Shown in pieces: positions 47,922 to 58,216 of a stretch of DNA of 63,513 bases (its first letter is position 1; every line of letters begins with the position of its first letter). The stretch is from positions 1-63,513 of IMG/VR virus record IMGVR_UViG_3300021964_006691. One strand, given 5' to 3'. The stretch comes from a virus. Lineage: Duplodnaviria > Caudoviricetes. Below the pieces are notes generated by a model. The model saw only the letters and a list, made by a program, of their open reading frames with translations. It was not told where the DNA came from and searched no databases. The position numbers and the translations under genes are program-made.

Positions 47922-49092
47922 TAAATGTGTAGCATGTGGCGGTTCTAACTTAGAACAATTTTTAGACTTGGCCGAACAGCCACTTGCTAACAACTATCAT
48001 GACGGCACAGGCGGTGGTGAGTCGTTTAAGTTAGGATTAAACTTATGTACTGATTGCTATCATACTCAACTGCCTGTTAGTGTAGACCCTACAGCAATGT
48101 TTGATCATTACTTATATGTAACAGGCACAAGTCAAACACTCAGAGACTACTGTGATTGGTTTGCACAATTTGTTACAGACAGAGAGCAACTAAAATATGG
48201 AAATGTTTTAGACATAGCATGTAATGACGGCACCCAACTAGATAGTTTTAGAAAACTGGGTTGGAAAACATATGGTGTTGATCCTGCTAAAAATTTATTT
48301 GAGATAGCATTAGAGAAAGGACACATGGTGCGTAATGCATATTGGCCTATAAGTTATCCGCAAATGGATGTGATAACAGCACAGAATGTTTGTGCCCATA
48401 CTCCTAATCCATTAGAGTTTTTAGAGGGTGTAAAAAGGGCACTAACTACAAATGGTACAGCATACATACAAACAAGCCAAAGCCAAATGTATCAACGTAA
48501 TGAGTTTGATACCACATACCATGAGCATATAAGTTTCTTTAGTGCAAACAGTATGAAGACACTAGCCGAACGAGCAGGCTTAGTATTAACTGATATACAC
48601 ATTACTCCTATACACGGAGACAGTTATGTGTTTGTACTAAAACATCAAGGTGCTGATGTACAGAGTTCAGTTACAGAAACAATTAGGAAAGAAGGTAAAG
48701 AAGGCAGACACAATCCTAACTTCTATCAAATATTTGGATTAAATGCTAGAAGCATAGTTGGGAAATTAAAAGATCTAGTTACTAAATGCCAAGCAGAAGG
48801 CACACCTGTGGTAGGGTATGGTGCGGCGGCTAAAGGCATGACTGTATTAAATGCAAATGGCATACAGTTAGACTGGATTGTTGATGACAATGAACTCAAA
48901 CAAGGTTTACTTACACCGGGTACCGATATACCTATAAAAGACAGAAACAGTTTAGATATAGATGAACACATAGTTGTTATACCTTTGGCATGGAACTTCT
49001 TTGATGAGATAAGAGCTAATGTAGAAGAAGTAAGACAGGACAAATCCACACAATATGTACAATACTTTCCTAGAGTTATGTTTGTAGCATGA
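47872..49092 (+). CDS. NDP-sugar C-methyltransferase
   Basis: CVAC..C..C zinc site, QPLANN, LDIACNDG, YHEHISFF, GYGAAAKG, LAWNF. Confidence 0.9.
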   Translation: MQNAIETTEQNSYTTLDKCVACGGSNLEQFLDLAEQPLANNYHDGTGGGESFKLGLNLCTDCYHTQLPVSVDPTAMFDHYLYVTGTSQTLRDYCDWFAQFVTDREQLKYGNVLDIACNDGTQLDSFRKLGWKTYGVDPAKNLFEIALEKGHMVRNAYWPISYPQMDVITAQNVCAHTPNPLEFLEGVKRALTTNGTAYIQTSQSQMYQRNEFDTTYHEHISFFSANSMKTLAERAGLVLTDIHITPIHGDSYVFVLKHQGADVQSSVTETIRKEGKEGRHNPNFYQIFGLNARSIVGKLKDLVTKCQAEGTPVVGYGAAAKGMTVLNANGIQLDWIVDDNELKQGLLTPGTDIPIKDRNSLDIDEHIVVIPLAWNFFDEIRANVEEVRQDKSTQYVQYFPRVMFVA

Positions 49093-49823
49093 AGAACTAT
49101 TTAATAAGAAGCCTATACAAGATTAAATCTCCTATGTGGTTTGAGGATCGCAGTAGTGAGGGAGACTTATATGACTGGTATATGAAAATGCACGATATAA
49201 GTTTAAGAAGTTTTAAGAAACATTTGCAGGGCGATTGGGAGTTCGTCTTTTTTAATAAGGAAGTAGAGAATATCCAGGAAGTATTTAAGGATCATTTCTT
49301 TGAGATATATGATATATGGAAACAGGGCGATACTAATATTTTATACTGTGGACCGGACAACATAATGATGAAGCCTACTAAATTTTTTGGTGAGTACGAT
49401 GAGTTTCGTATGTTTAACTACACAGACCCAAAATCAAGTATAGAACCTAATCATTATGATGTACAACACGAACATTTCTTTAACGCAGACGTCAGATATT
49501 ACCCAAGTACAATGAGCCAAGACATCTGGGACATGGGTTTAGAGATGGCAGAGAATTGGGACTTTAACAGTTGGAACACAGAGCAATTTATACTTAACAA
49601 AATGTTATGGGATCAAGAAGGCAGAACAATAGAAAACACACTAGACCCCACAGTTGCATATCAGGGCCATCAGTTGTTTATAGAAGATTGGGAACAAAGG
49701 AAAAGTTACTCAAACGACTGGAATGGATGTGATATAAAAGATGCACAAATTATACACCTACATGGAAGTAGGAATGCACCCAGAAAGTTTTCTCTAATGA
49801 AACAATTAGAGAAACTTTCCTAA
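49089..49823 (+). CDS. Nucleotide-diphospho-sugar transferase-like protein
   Basis: ILYCGPD, FFNADV, EQ.ILN, IIHLHGS; cluster context. Confidence 0.55.
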   Translation: MKNYLIRSLYKIKSPMWFEDRSSEGDLYDWYMKMHDISLRSFKKHLQGDWEFVFFNKEVENIQEVFKDHFFEIYDIWKQGDTNILYCGPDNIMMKPTKFFGEYDEFRMFNYTDPKSSIEPNHYDVQHEHFFNADVRYYPSTMSQDIWDMGLEMAENWDFNSWNTEQFILNKMLWDQEGRTIENTLDPTVAYQGHQLFIEDWEQRKSYSNDWNGCDIKDAQIIHLHGSRNAPRKFSLMKQLEKLS

Positions 49824-50006
49824 TTAAAATGCTTGGTGGCCACCTTGCAAATATGTTGAACAGTCATTTTGCAGTTCTCCTGCTCTATTCTAGGCTTTAC
49901 TACGAGGGAGCCGATTTTTTATTACTGTTAGACTGAAATCTATTCTGCCCAACAAATATATTTAACAAAAAAGTAACAAAACAGTTAAATTAGCGGTAAA
50001 AATGCC

Positions 50007-50035
50007 AAAAAAAAGCCCTGAACTAGTCCAGGGCT
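50007..50035 (-). terminator. Intrinsic terminator for minus-strand gene 50054-50284
   Basis: AGCCCTG/CAGGGCT stem with adjacent A8 (T-tract on minus strand). Confidence 0.75.
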
Positions 50036-50053
50036 CCCTATCTGACGTGTATG

Positions 50054-50284
50054 TTACTTCTTGTTAAAGACGTGGTATAGTATCCAAACACCTACTAATC
50101 CTAGTAAGCCTTCGTTACTCAATCCATTCAAGATAGCCATGATGTTTGTAACAACCTGGAAATCTCCTAGGAAAGGAACTGCTCCACCAAATAATACTTC
50201 AAGTACTACTCCAAGAGCAATAACACTGATACCGACTTCAGTAAGTTGTTTGGCCCATCCGCCAACACTTTTAAGAATATCCAT
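50054..50284 (-). CDS. Small membrane protein
   Basis: GGAGG RBS; LEVLFG..VPF; GLLGLV. Confidence 0.75.
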   Translation of the reverse strand: MDILKSVGGWAKQLTEVGISVIALGVVLEVLFGGAVPFLGDFQVVTNIMAILNGLSNEGLLGLVGVWILYHVFNKK

Positions 50285-50413
50285 ATATCAACCTCCATTT
50301 GAATATCAGTAATTTGACATTCAGATATTATTTAAATCTCCAGTTTCACTAGTTAAACTATTATATAACATTTAAATACAGTTATAATACAACAAAATGG
50401 GCAGATAAAACAG

Positions 50414-50707
50414 ATGTTAATAACAAAACAAATAGAGAAAAATGACGTAATAACAATAAAATTACTCACAGGAGAGGAAATTTTAGGTAGATTTGAAGGT
50501 GAAGATGAAAATGGACTTCATGTTTCCAGAGCTAGTGTTGTGGCGGCAAATCCAGAAGGAGGACTAGGATTAGTTCCTTGGATGATGAGCTCAGCACCAG
50601 AAAAAATTAGTATAAATAAAAGCACGGTAGTAACTTACTCACCCACAGTTGAACAGATTGCAGACAAATTCACAGAAGCCACTACAAACATTCAGATAGT
50701 AAAGTAG
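50414..50707 (+). CDS. Small Sm-like-fold phage protein
   Basis: DVITIKLLTGEEILGRF...GLGLVPW. Confidence 0.6.
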   Translation: MLITKQIEKNDVITIKLLTGEEILGRFEGEDENGLHVSRASVVAANPEGGLGLVPWMMSSAPEKISINKSTVVTYSPTVEQIADKFTEATTNIQIVK

Positions 50708-50763
50708 ACACTTGACACCATACAAAAATTTGCTATAATATAGGAGCAATAGGAGAAATCTAT

Positions 50764-51303
50764 ATGTTGGAAACTGGATATATGACTGCTAAAGCACTAA
50801 TGATGACTTTGATGTTATCAGATGGTGTAAACCTAAATGAACATACTGTTGAAGAAACATATTGTATGTCATTAAATATATATTATGAAGCTCGAGGAGA
50901 AAGTTGGAGAGGTAAGACAGCCGTTGCCCATGTAACTCTTAACAGAGTAAAACACGAAAAATATCCTAACACAGTTTGTGGTGTTGTATTACAAGCAAAA
51001 CTCTGGAAGGGAAACCCCATCAGAGATATGTGTCAATTTGCATGGTATTGTGATGGCAAAACAGACATTCCACAACTAAGATACAAAGCACAACCTAGAA
51101 AAAATAAAGCAATTAAACCCAACGTAAGAGATTGGGAGAATAGTGTTGCTACAGCAATACAAGTTATGGAAGGTTATAGCAGAGACATAACACAAGGTTC
51201 TACACACTATTTTAATCATAATATTTCAACACCCAGTTGGAGTACTATATATCCCACAAAAACTATCATAGGAAACCACACATTCCAAAAACGTAACGAC
51301 TAA
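50764..51303 (+). CDS. SleB-like cell wall hydrolase
   Basis: CMSLNIYYEARGE, AVAHVTLNRV, CQFAWYCDG, IGNHTF. Confidence 0.9.
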   Translation: MLETGYMTAKALMMTLMLSDGVNLNEHTVEETYCMSLNIYYEARGESWRGKTAVAHVTLNRVKHEKYPNTVCGVVLQAKLWKGNPIRDMCQFAWYCDGKTDIPQLRYKAQPRKNKAIKPNVRDWENSVATAIQVMEGYSRDITQGSTHYFNHNISTPSWSTIYPTKTIIGNHTFQKRND

Positions 51304-51352
51304 GATACGATAAATATATACTGTTATAATACACACAATTAGGAGTAACAGT

Positions 51353-51841
51353 ATGTATGAATATAGATGTAAAGTTCTGAAAGTCGTTGATGGAGACACG
51401 GTAGATGTAGACATCGATCTAGGATTTGGAGTTTGGTTAAAAGACGAAAGAGTTCGTATAATGGGTATTGATACGCCTGAAAGCAGGACGTCAGACAAGG
51501 TAGAAAAGTTATTTGGTTTAGCGGCAAAAGAAAAACTTAAAAGTATGTTAGGCAAATCACCTACTTTAAAGACGCAGGTAAACAAAGACGGCGAAGACAT
51601 GAAAGGTAAGTTTGGTAGAATACTAGGCGACTTTGATGTTTATGATGCAGAAAAAGATGCATGGCGTCCAGCAACAGATGTACTTATTGAGACAGGAAAT
51701 GCAGTAGCATATTTTGGTGGAAGTAAAGAAGAAGTACAAGCCAAGCATATGGTAAACAGAGATAAATTATTGCGAGAAGGTTTTGTTAGTAAAGAAGACT
51801 TTGATAAAGCAACAGCAATAATGGAAACAAAGAAAAAGTAA
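51353..51841 (+). CDS. Thermonuclease (SNase-like)
   Basis: KVVDGDTVD, RVRIMGIDTPE, GKFGRILG. Confidence 0.88.
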   Translation: MYEYRCKVLKVVDGDTVDVDIDLGFGVWLKDERVRIMGIDTPESRTSDKVEKLFGLAAKEKLKSMLGKSPTLKTQVNKDGEDMKGKFGRILGDFDVYDAEKDAWRPATDVLIETGNAVAYFGGSKEEVQAKHMVNRDKLLREGFVSKEDFDKATAIMETKKK

Positions 51842-52716
51842 TGAACAAATTATTTTTTAGTTTATCCCTTCTACTGTTTTCTACATTTAGTTTTGGATGG
51901 TGGAACACAGGACATGCAACAGTATGTCAGATTGCAGAAAATCATTTAACACCAGAAGTAAAAGCAGAAGTAGATAGACTTTTAGACAATAAAAGTTTTG
52001 CAGAAAGTTGTAATTGGCCAGACTATGTTAGACCAAACAGATATAATACTTTTCCTTGGCATTTTGTAAACATACCTAAATCTAAATTAAAAGTTGAGGC
52101 AAGTGATTGTCCTCCAGAATCCTGTGTTCTCGAAGCAATACAAATGCATATCAGATTACTTAGAAATAAAAACTTACCTGATTCAGACAGAGCAGAAAGT
52201 TTAATGTTTTTAGGACACTTTGTAGGTGACATTCATCAACCATTGCATGTAGGTGAAAAAGAAGATAAAGGTGGCAGTGGCCATGAGGTTAATATAGATC
52301 AAGCAACGCAAGATGCTCTTAACTATCAAGGCTATAACGAATGGCTTAAATTAAATAAATTACAAGTACATCAGTTAGCATTAAGGGAACCTAAATATCC
52401 ACCACACATAAAGAAATCAAATATGCATAGTATTTGGGATGGTGCTGTACTACAACATAAACTAATCAAAGATGATATTGCATGGTATGATTATGCAGAT
52501 AATTTAGCAAAACGTAAACCCACAGTACTGTTAGGAAACCCTGTGATGTGGGCACAAGAAAGCAAAGACGTATTAGGCTTACACAGTTTTGGATACAATG
52601 TAGAGATAGAAGACATTGATGCAGAGTACTTAGAACATCATTTACCTGTATTGGAGCAACGCCTAGTTCTAGCAGGATACAGACTTGCTACAATACTGAA
52701 CCAGATTACACTATAA
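51841..52716 (+). CDS. S1/P1 nuclease with signal peptide
   Basis: Hydrophobic leader then WWNTGH; WPD; WHFVN; HFVGDIHQPLH; HSIWD; AGYRLA. Confidence 0.92.
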   Translation: MNKLFFSLSLLLFSTFSFGWWNTGHATVCQIAENHLTPEVKAEVDRLLDNKSFAESCNWPDYVRPNRYNTFPWHFVNIPKSKLKVEASDCPPESCVLEAIQMHIRLLRNKNLPDSDRAESLMFLGHFVGDIHQPLHVGEKEDKGGSGHEVNIDQATQDALNYQGYNEWLKLNKLQVHQLALREPKYPPHIKKSNMHSIWDGAVLQHKLIKDDIAWYDYADNLAKRKPTVLLGNPVMWAQESKDVLGLHSFGYNVEIEDIDAEYLEHHLPVLEQRLVLAGYRLATILNQITL

Positions 52717-52774
52717 AATACTTGACAATGCCTAAATAGAGTGTATAATAGGATATACATATAGAGGTAATGTA

Positions 52775-53263
52775 ATGGCAAAAAGATTTTACTCAGGTAA
52801 AACATATACCCACGCAACTGGTCACAGTTGTGCATTTAGACAATGGAGAGCAGATAGTCACTGTAACTTAATACACGGCTATTCTCTACAGTTTGAATTT
52901 GAGTTTGGTTGTGAGGAATTAGATGATCGCAACTGGGCAGTAGACTTTGGCGGTCTAAAAGAACTTAAAGAATGGTTAAAATTTATGTTTGACCATACTT
53001 ACTTGTTAGCAAGTGACGACCCAGAGTTCCAAACATTTCAAGATCTAGCAGATAAAAATCTAATAGACTTGAGAGTTGTTGGTGCTGTAGGTTGTGAAAG
53101 ATTTGCTGAACAGGCCTTTGACGAAGCAGATAAAATTGTAAAAGATATCAGCAATAATAGATGCTGGGTTCAAAAGGTCACTGTAAGAGAACATGAAGCC
53201 AATAGTGCAACATGCGAACTTGCAGACACTCAGAAGATACGATTTGTAGACTCTGAGAAATAA
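52775..53263 (+). CDS. queD: 6-carboxytetrahydropterin synthase / PTPS family
   Basis: HCNLIHGY, VDFGGLK, FDHT, GCE. Confidence 0.8.
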   Translation: MAKRFYSGKTYTHATGHSCAFRQWRADSHCNLIHGYSLQFEFEFGCEELDDRNWAVDFGGLKELKEWLKFMFDHTYLLASDDPEFQTFQDLADKNLIDLRVVGAVGCERFAEQAFDEADKIVKDISNNRCWVQKVTVREHEANSATCELADTQKIRFVDSEK

Positions 53264-53299
53264 CGAAGAAAGATAGATGATGAACGAATAGTTTTGAAT

Positions 53300-53340
53300 G
53301 GGGGCAGGAGTGATATCTACTTGCCCTTCACTTTCTTATT
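53300..53340 (+). terminator. Probable terminator hairpin after queD
   Basis: GGGGCAGG/CTTGCCCT stem followed by T-rich run. Confidence 0.5.
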
Positions 53341-53373
53341 TTCCATACTGAAATAACGATAAATAGTGGTATA

Positions 53374-55326
53374 ATGCTATTTGGTATACTCACATTAATC
53401 ACAGCACTTGCTATTGCAGGTGTGGCCGCCTGGTTCAGTATCGCTGGACTTATGATATTCTTTGGCGGAATGCCAATGAGTGTAGCCATTATGGCTGGTA
53501 CATTAGAAGTAGGTAAACTACTTACAGCAAGTTGGCTTTACAGATACTGGAACGAAACATCAATACTACTCAAGACATATCTGACCACAGCAGTTGTAGT
53601 TCTGATGGTTATAACATCTGCAGGTATATATGGTTACCTGTCTAAGGCCGCCAGTGATGTATCTAGTGACGGTGCTGTAGCCTTTGCAGAAGTAGAACGT
53701 GTTGACGGACTTATTCTCAGAGAAGAAAATAAGATTGCCATTATAGAGGATAGGATAATAAGTGTAGGTGGTAGTGTTGATGTAAGTGAAAGTATTGAAC
53801 AACAGGAAACTATCAGAGATGGTGCATGGCAAAGAGTACAAGGTGATATAGATTATGCACAAGGACAAATAGACAGACTCAGAGACCAACTCGCAGTATT
53901 AGATAAAGCAGTAAACGATCTAAGAAACAAAGGTGTAGAAGTTGTTGTAACAGATGAGGGTGGTATATTCCAGGGAGATACCACAGAAAAGATAGACTAT
54001 GTTGCACAGGCAAACGACTTATACAACCAACAAGAACAGCAACGTGCAGATATCAAAACAGATATAGACAAGCAACAAGCAAATATAGATGCATACCGAC
54101 TACAAGCACAAGATACAATTAACGGTGCTAATGCAGAAATAAACAGACTTAGGAACACTAGTTCCAATCAGCAAGATGCAAACATTGAAAAGATAAATGC
54201 TTTTAACACTGATATAGACGCAATTTACGACAATATCGCAGTACTTAAAGACAGTAAATTTGAAGCAGAAAGCAAAGTAAGAGATTTAGAAAGAGAAATA
54301 GGCCCAATCAAATATGTAGCAGAGCTTCTTTATGGTAGTTCAGACCAATCTGTTATGGACAAAGCAGTAAGAATATTCATACTGTTATTTGTTTTTGTAT
54401 TTGACCCTTTAGCAATTATGTTATTGATTGCGGCTAACCAGACATTACTTAGGTACGGTATTAATTTAGAAAGCACAGGACCAAAAGAACCGCCAAGAGA
54501 CCCAGAAGGTGATCCAGGAAGTTTTTGGGATAGTGACTTTGAAGAACAAAGCAGAGAAATATATGGCGACAATATGCCAGACCTTCCTAGTGCGGCAGAA
54601 GATGCCGCAAAGGCAATGGCCGAATCGGCTTCCGAAAAAAAAAGAACGGAAAAATTAAAAAAGGCCTTGTCGTTATTGGAAACAAAATACAAAAAAACAT
54701 TAAAAGCTCTTGACGATAAGCCTAAAGAAGTTATAATAGAAAAAGAAGTCGAGAAGATAGTAGAAGTTCCGGTTGAAGTAATTAAAGAAGTGGTAGTTGA
54801 AAGGGAGGTGCCAGTTGAAAAGATCGTTGAGGTTGAAGTCGCAAAAGAGGTTGAGGTCATCAAGGAGGTTGAACGAATTGTCGAAAAGGAAGTTCCAGGA
54901 CCAGAAAGAATTGTCGAAGTCCCAGGACCAGAAAGAATTGTCGAAGTCCCAGGACCAGAAAGAGTCGTCAGAGTTGAGTCCTCAGAAGGAGTAAAAAGGT
55001 TAAATAAAGAAATAGAAACATTACAAAACGAATTGCAAATATTAAGATCTAAAAAACCTGAGACTATAGAAAAAATAGTTGAAGTCGAAAAAGAAGTTCC
55101 AGTCGAAGTCGAAAGGCCAGCATCAGGTGATTTAAAAGACGCCGCACGGTTAATGGCAACTAGTGAATTAAATAAAGAAGATTTATCTGAAGCACAGATA
55201 TTAGAATTGTTACAAAAGTCTTCTGAAGAAGAAGTAAAACGTAAACTGGGCTTTTGGGCAGTATCATTACCTAAAACAGATGTAGTTAAAGAGCCCACTA
55301 ATAAAAAATACATAGGTAAAAAATGA
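53374..55326 (+). CDS. Membrane-anchored coiled-coil protein with V/E/K/P repeats
   Basis: N-terminal TMs ([18 protein letters not shown]), coiled coil, [16 protein letters not shown], then IVEVP repeats. Confidence 0.8.
   Translation: MLFGILTLITALAIAGVAAWFSIAGLMIFFGGMPMSVAIMAGTLEVGKLLTASWLYRYWNETSILLKTYLTTAVVVLMVITSAGIYGYLSKAASDVSSDGAVAFAEVERVDGLILREENKIAIIEDRIISVGGSVDVSESIEQQETIRDGAWQRVQGDIDYAQGQIDRLRDQLAVLDKAVNDLRNKGVEVVVTDEGGIFQGDTTEKIDYVAQANDLYNQQEQQRADIKTDIDKQQANIDAYRLQAQDTINGANAEINRLRNTSSNQQDANIEKINAFNTDIDAIYDNIAVLKDSKFEAESKVRDLEREIGPIKYVAELLYGSSDQSVMDKAVRIFILLFVFVFDPLAIMLLIAANQTLLRYGINLESTGPKEPPRDPEGDPGSFWDSDFEEQSREIYGDNMPDLPSAAEDAAKAMAESASEKKRTEKLKKALSLLETKYKKTLKALDDKPKEVIIEKEVEKIVEVPVEVIKEVVVEREVPVEKIVEVEVAKEVEVIKEVERIVEKEVPGPERIVEVPGPERIVEVPGPERVVRVESSEGVKRLNKEIETLQNELQILRSKKPETIEKIVEVEKEVPVEVERPASGDLKDAARLMATSELNKEDLSEAQILELLQKSSEEEVKRKLGFWAVSLPKTDVVKEPTNKKYIGKK
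54889..54969 (+). repeat. 27-nt tandem repeat x3 (EVPGPERIV)
   Basis: GAAGT(T/C)CCAGGACCAGAAAGA(ATT/GTC)GTC. Confidence 0.9.
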
Positions 55327-56615
55327 GCGAAGATAAATCATTAACCTGTAATTTTTGTGGTAAAAAACGTGAAGAGGTAGAAAAACTAATCGCTGGACCT
55401 GGTGTTTATATATGTGATGAGTGTGTTCAACTAAGTTATGGTATTGTATCCCAAGAAGACGATCATGATTTTGGTAACTTAGATTTTGATAATCTCCCAA
55501 GACCGTCTGAAATAAAAAAATTCTTAGATCAGTATATTATGGGCCAAGACTCAGCAAAAGAAATATTGTCTGTAAATGCCTATAATCATTATAAACGCAT
55601 AACTAATATCATACAAGATGTAGAACTAGATAAGTCAAATGTGTTATTACTAGGACCTACAGGCACAGGTAAAACACTACTTGCAAAAACATTGGCCAAG
55701 AAACTTCAGGTGCCTTTTGCAATAGCAGATGCAACTACACTAACTGAAGCAGGTTATGTGGGAGAAGATGTAGAAAGTGTACTAGAACGTTTGCTAATAT
55801 TATCTGATTTTGATATAGAGTTAGCCCAAAGAGGTGTTGTTTTTATAGATGAGTTAGATAAAAAAGCTCGTAAGTCAGAAAACAATACAGCAACAAGAGA
55901 TGTGTCAGGTGAGGGTGTGCAACAAGCATTACTAAGACTCATAGAAGGCACAAATTGTAAGATTAAAATGAACGCAAAAGCAAAGTATGGTGATGATTTT
56001 ATCGAGTTTGACACATCAAATGTATTGTTTATATTAGGTGGAGCATTTGTAGGCATAGAAGAAATTATAGAAAAACGATTAAAGAGTAAAAGTAAAATAG
56101 GTTTTAACAGTAAGATACTAAGTGATACAGACAAAAATCAATTACTCACAAAGATTAATGCACAAGACATTGTTACATACGGTTTAATACCTGAGCTGGT
56201 AGGTAGGTTACCACTAATAGCAACTATGGATAATCTATCTAAAGATCAATTAGTAAATATATTGACAGAAGTTAAAAATAGTATTATAATACAGGTTAAG
56301 TCTTTATTAAAACTAGACAATTTAGAGATTAAATTTTCTAAAAACTATTATGAACAGGTATCTGTGTTAGCAGTAGAGTCTAAAATGGGTGCCAGAGCAT
56401 TAAAAAGTTTAGTAGAGAACAGTTTAATAAACATTATGTTTAGGATAGAGGATTTCAATAAAACAGGTGTACAAGCCATTAGATTTGATAACTATCCAGA
56501 CAGAGGAAATAAACCAATATTAGTATTTAACGATAGAGAAGAAGTAGATACTAATTATAAATTATACAGAGGAATAGATGAGTTGGAAAAACAACGATCA
56601 CAAAAAGAACTTTAA
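55323..56615 (+). CDS. clpX: ClpX ATP-dependent unfoldase
   Basis: CNFC...ICDEC zinc domain; GPTGTGKT; [16 protein letters not shown]; [13 protein letters not shown]; IGF loop. Confidence 0.96.
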   Translation: MSEDKSLTCNFCGKKREEVEKLIAGPGVYICDECVQLSYGIVSQEDDHDFGNLDFDNLPRPSEIKKFLDQYIMGQDSAKEILSVNAYNHYKRITNIIQDVELDKSNVLLLGPTGTGKTLLAKTLAKKLQVPFAIADATTLTEAGYVGEDVESVLERLLILSDFDIELAQRGVVFIDELDKKARKSENNTATRDVSGEGVQQALLRLIEGTNCKIKMNAKAKYGDDFIEFDTSNVLFILGGAFVGIEEIIEKRLKSKSKIGFNSKILSDTDKNQLLTKINAQDIVTYGLIPELVGRLPLIATMDNLSKDQLVNILTEVKNSIIIQVKSLLKLDNLEIKFSKNYYEQVSVLAVESKMGARALKSLVENSLINIMFRIEDFNKTGVQAIRFDNYPDRGNKPILVFNDREEVDTNYKLYRGIDELEKQRSQKEL

Positions 56616-56991
56616 TAGTAAACGTAAGCCTTTCGCTAAAAAAGACGAGCATTATTTAGATAAGTTTAAAGGCAGAGCTATTGAAGTTAGAAACGATGAC
56701 GTAAATGGTGCAATGAGACGTCTTAAAAAAGTTTTAGAAAAGATGGACTTCCAAAAAGAATTATCTAAAAGAGAATTTTTTGAGAAACCTAGTGCTAAAC
56801 GCAAACGTATGAAGGACCAAGCAATCAAAAGAGAGAAAAAAGCAAAAGAGACAATGATAATGAGAGGTGAATGGTTACCTCCAGAGCCTACTGGTCAAAG
56901 TCATTTAAAAGGCAAAAGGCAAAAACGCAAAGCCTGGAATCAAGTAGAACGAGTAAAAGTATTAAGAAAAAGAGGTAGAGGCTCAGACTAA
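56578..56991 (+). CDS. rpsU: Ribosomal protein bS21 homolog with N- and C-terminal extensions
   Basis: [17 protein letters not shown]...[17 protein letters not shown]. Confidence 0.85.
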   Translation: MSWKNNDHKKNFNSKRKPFAKKDEHYLDKFKGRAIEVRNDDVNGAMRRLKKVLEKMDFQKELSKREFFEKPSAKRKRMKDQAIKREKKAKETMIMRGEWLPPEPTGQSHLKGKRQKRKAWNQVERVKVLRKRGRGSD

Positions 56992-56992
56992 T

Positions 56993-57772
56993 ATGAAAAT
57001 TTCTGTAGTAAGTGGAGGTTTTGATCCACTACATTCAGGTCATATAAATTTATTAGAGCAGGCGGCTACATTTGGAGACAAATTAGTAGTGCTGGTAAAT
57101 AGCGATGACTGGCTAACTAGAAAGAAAGGCAGACCCTTTATGCCTTTTGAAGAAAGATCAACTATTATTCAACGTATGGACATGGTAGACAATGTGTATG
57201 CTGTTGATGATGCTGATGGAAGTGTAACTAATGGACTTATACAAGTTCGCGATGCATTCGGACACGATCATGATTATGTATTCTGTAACGGAGGTGATAG
57301 AGGAAAAGATAACATACCCGAAATGGCAGTAGATGGTTACACTTTTGAATTTAGTGTTGGTGGAGATAACAAAGCCAACAGTAGCAGTTGGATATTGAAA
57401 GAATGGCAGTATCCAACAGAACGCAGAGTATGGGGCGAGTTTAGTGATTTGTTTCAGGACTCAGCAGTCAGAGTTAAAGAGCTAGTAATTGAGCCTGGTA
57501 AAGGTATTAGTTATCAACGTCACTTTAAAAGAGATGAAATATGGTTTGTAAGTAAAGGACAATGTGTTGTAAAACATGGTAGAGATACAGACAAACCGGA
57601 AGAATACGATACAATTAATTTAAGAACAGATGAGTCTATACATATTAAAGTTAAAGATTGGCACCAGATTATAAATGTTAAGTCAGAACCTTGCCATATT
57701 ATAGAAATACAATATGGTAAAGAAACTAACGAAGAAGATATAGAACGTTTAGAGTACTACGACGGAGAATAA
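56993..57772 (+). CDS. Cytidylyltransferase fused to mannose-6-P-isomerase-type cupin
   Basis: SGGFDPLHSGH, NGGDR, NSSS; ISYQRH..RDEIW, WHQ, IIEIQYG. Confidence 0.88.
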   Translation: MKISVVSGGFDPLHSGHINLLEQAATFGDKLVVLVNSDDWLTRKKGRPFMPFEERSTIIQRMDMVDNVYAVDDADGSVTNGLIQVRDAFGHDHDYVFCNGGDRGKDNIPEMAVDGYTFEFSVGGDNKANSSSWILKEWQYPTERRVWGEFSDLFQDSAVRVKELVIEPGKGISYQRHFKRDEIWFVSKGQCVVKHGRDTDKPEEYDTINLRTDESIHIKVKDWHQIINVKSEPCHIIEIQYGKETNEEDIERLEYYDGE

Positions 57773-58216
57773 ATGGAGATGCGACAACTTAATGAGCAAC
57801 GTGTTTGTGAAATACTAAATGATATAGTTGAGTTAGAAATGGCTGGAGTTGTTAGATATGCTCACAGTTCACTAATGGTTACAGGACCTAACAGAATACC
57901 TATTGTAGCATTCCTGCAAGAACAAGCAACTGAAAGTTTAGACCACGCCTTAATAGCAGGTGAATACATCACAGGCTTTAACGGACATCCTAGTCAGCAG
58001 ATTGCTAACATTGAAGAAAACCACGATCATAGTGTTGAACAAATTCTACAAGAAAGTTTAGCACACGAAATGGCGGCAGTTGAAAAGTATAAAGAACTAC
58101 TTGACGAAGTTGCTGATGCAAGTATAATGTTGGAAGAATATGCCAGAGGGCAGATTGGTATGGAAGAACAACATGCCTTAGAGATAAGGAAGATGCTAAT
58201 GGATTATGGATCATAA
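57773..58216 (+). CDS. Ferritin/bacterioferritin-like protein
   Basis: E18-type ligand, ESLDH, HE, EEQH di-iron pattern. Confidence 0.85.
   Translation: MEMRQLNEQRVCEILNDIVELEMAGVVRYAHSSLMVTGPNRIPIVAFLQEQATESLDHALIAGEYITGFNGHPSQQIANIEENHDHSVEQILQESLAHEMAAVEKYKELLDEVADASIMLEEYARGQIGMEEQHALEIRKMLMDYGS

Noticed and set aside
54889-54969. Possible CRISPR-like repeat
   Set aside because: Contiguous in-frame 27-nt coding repeats with no spacers; no cas genes or CRISPR array seen in the window
54330-55313. 327-aa minus-strand ORF
   Set aside because: Antisense shadow of the repetitive V/E/K/P region of 53374-55326
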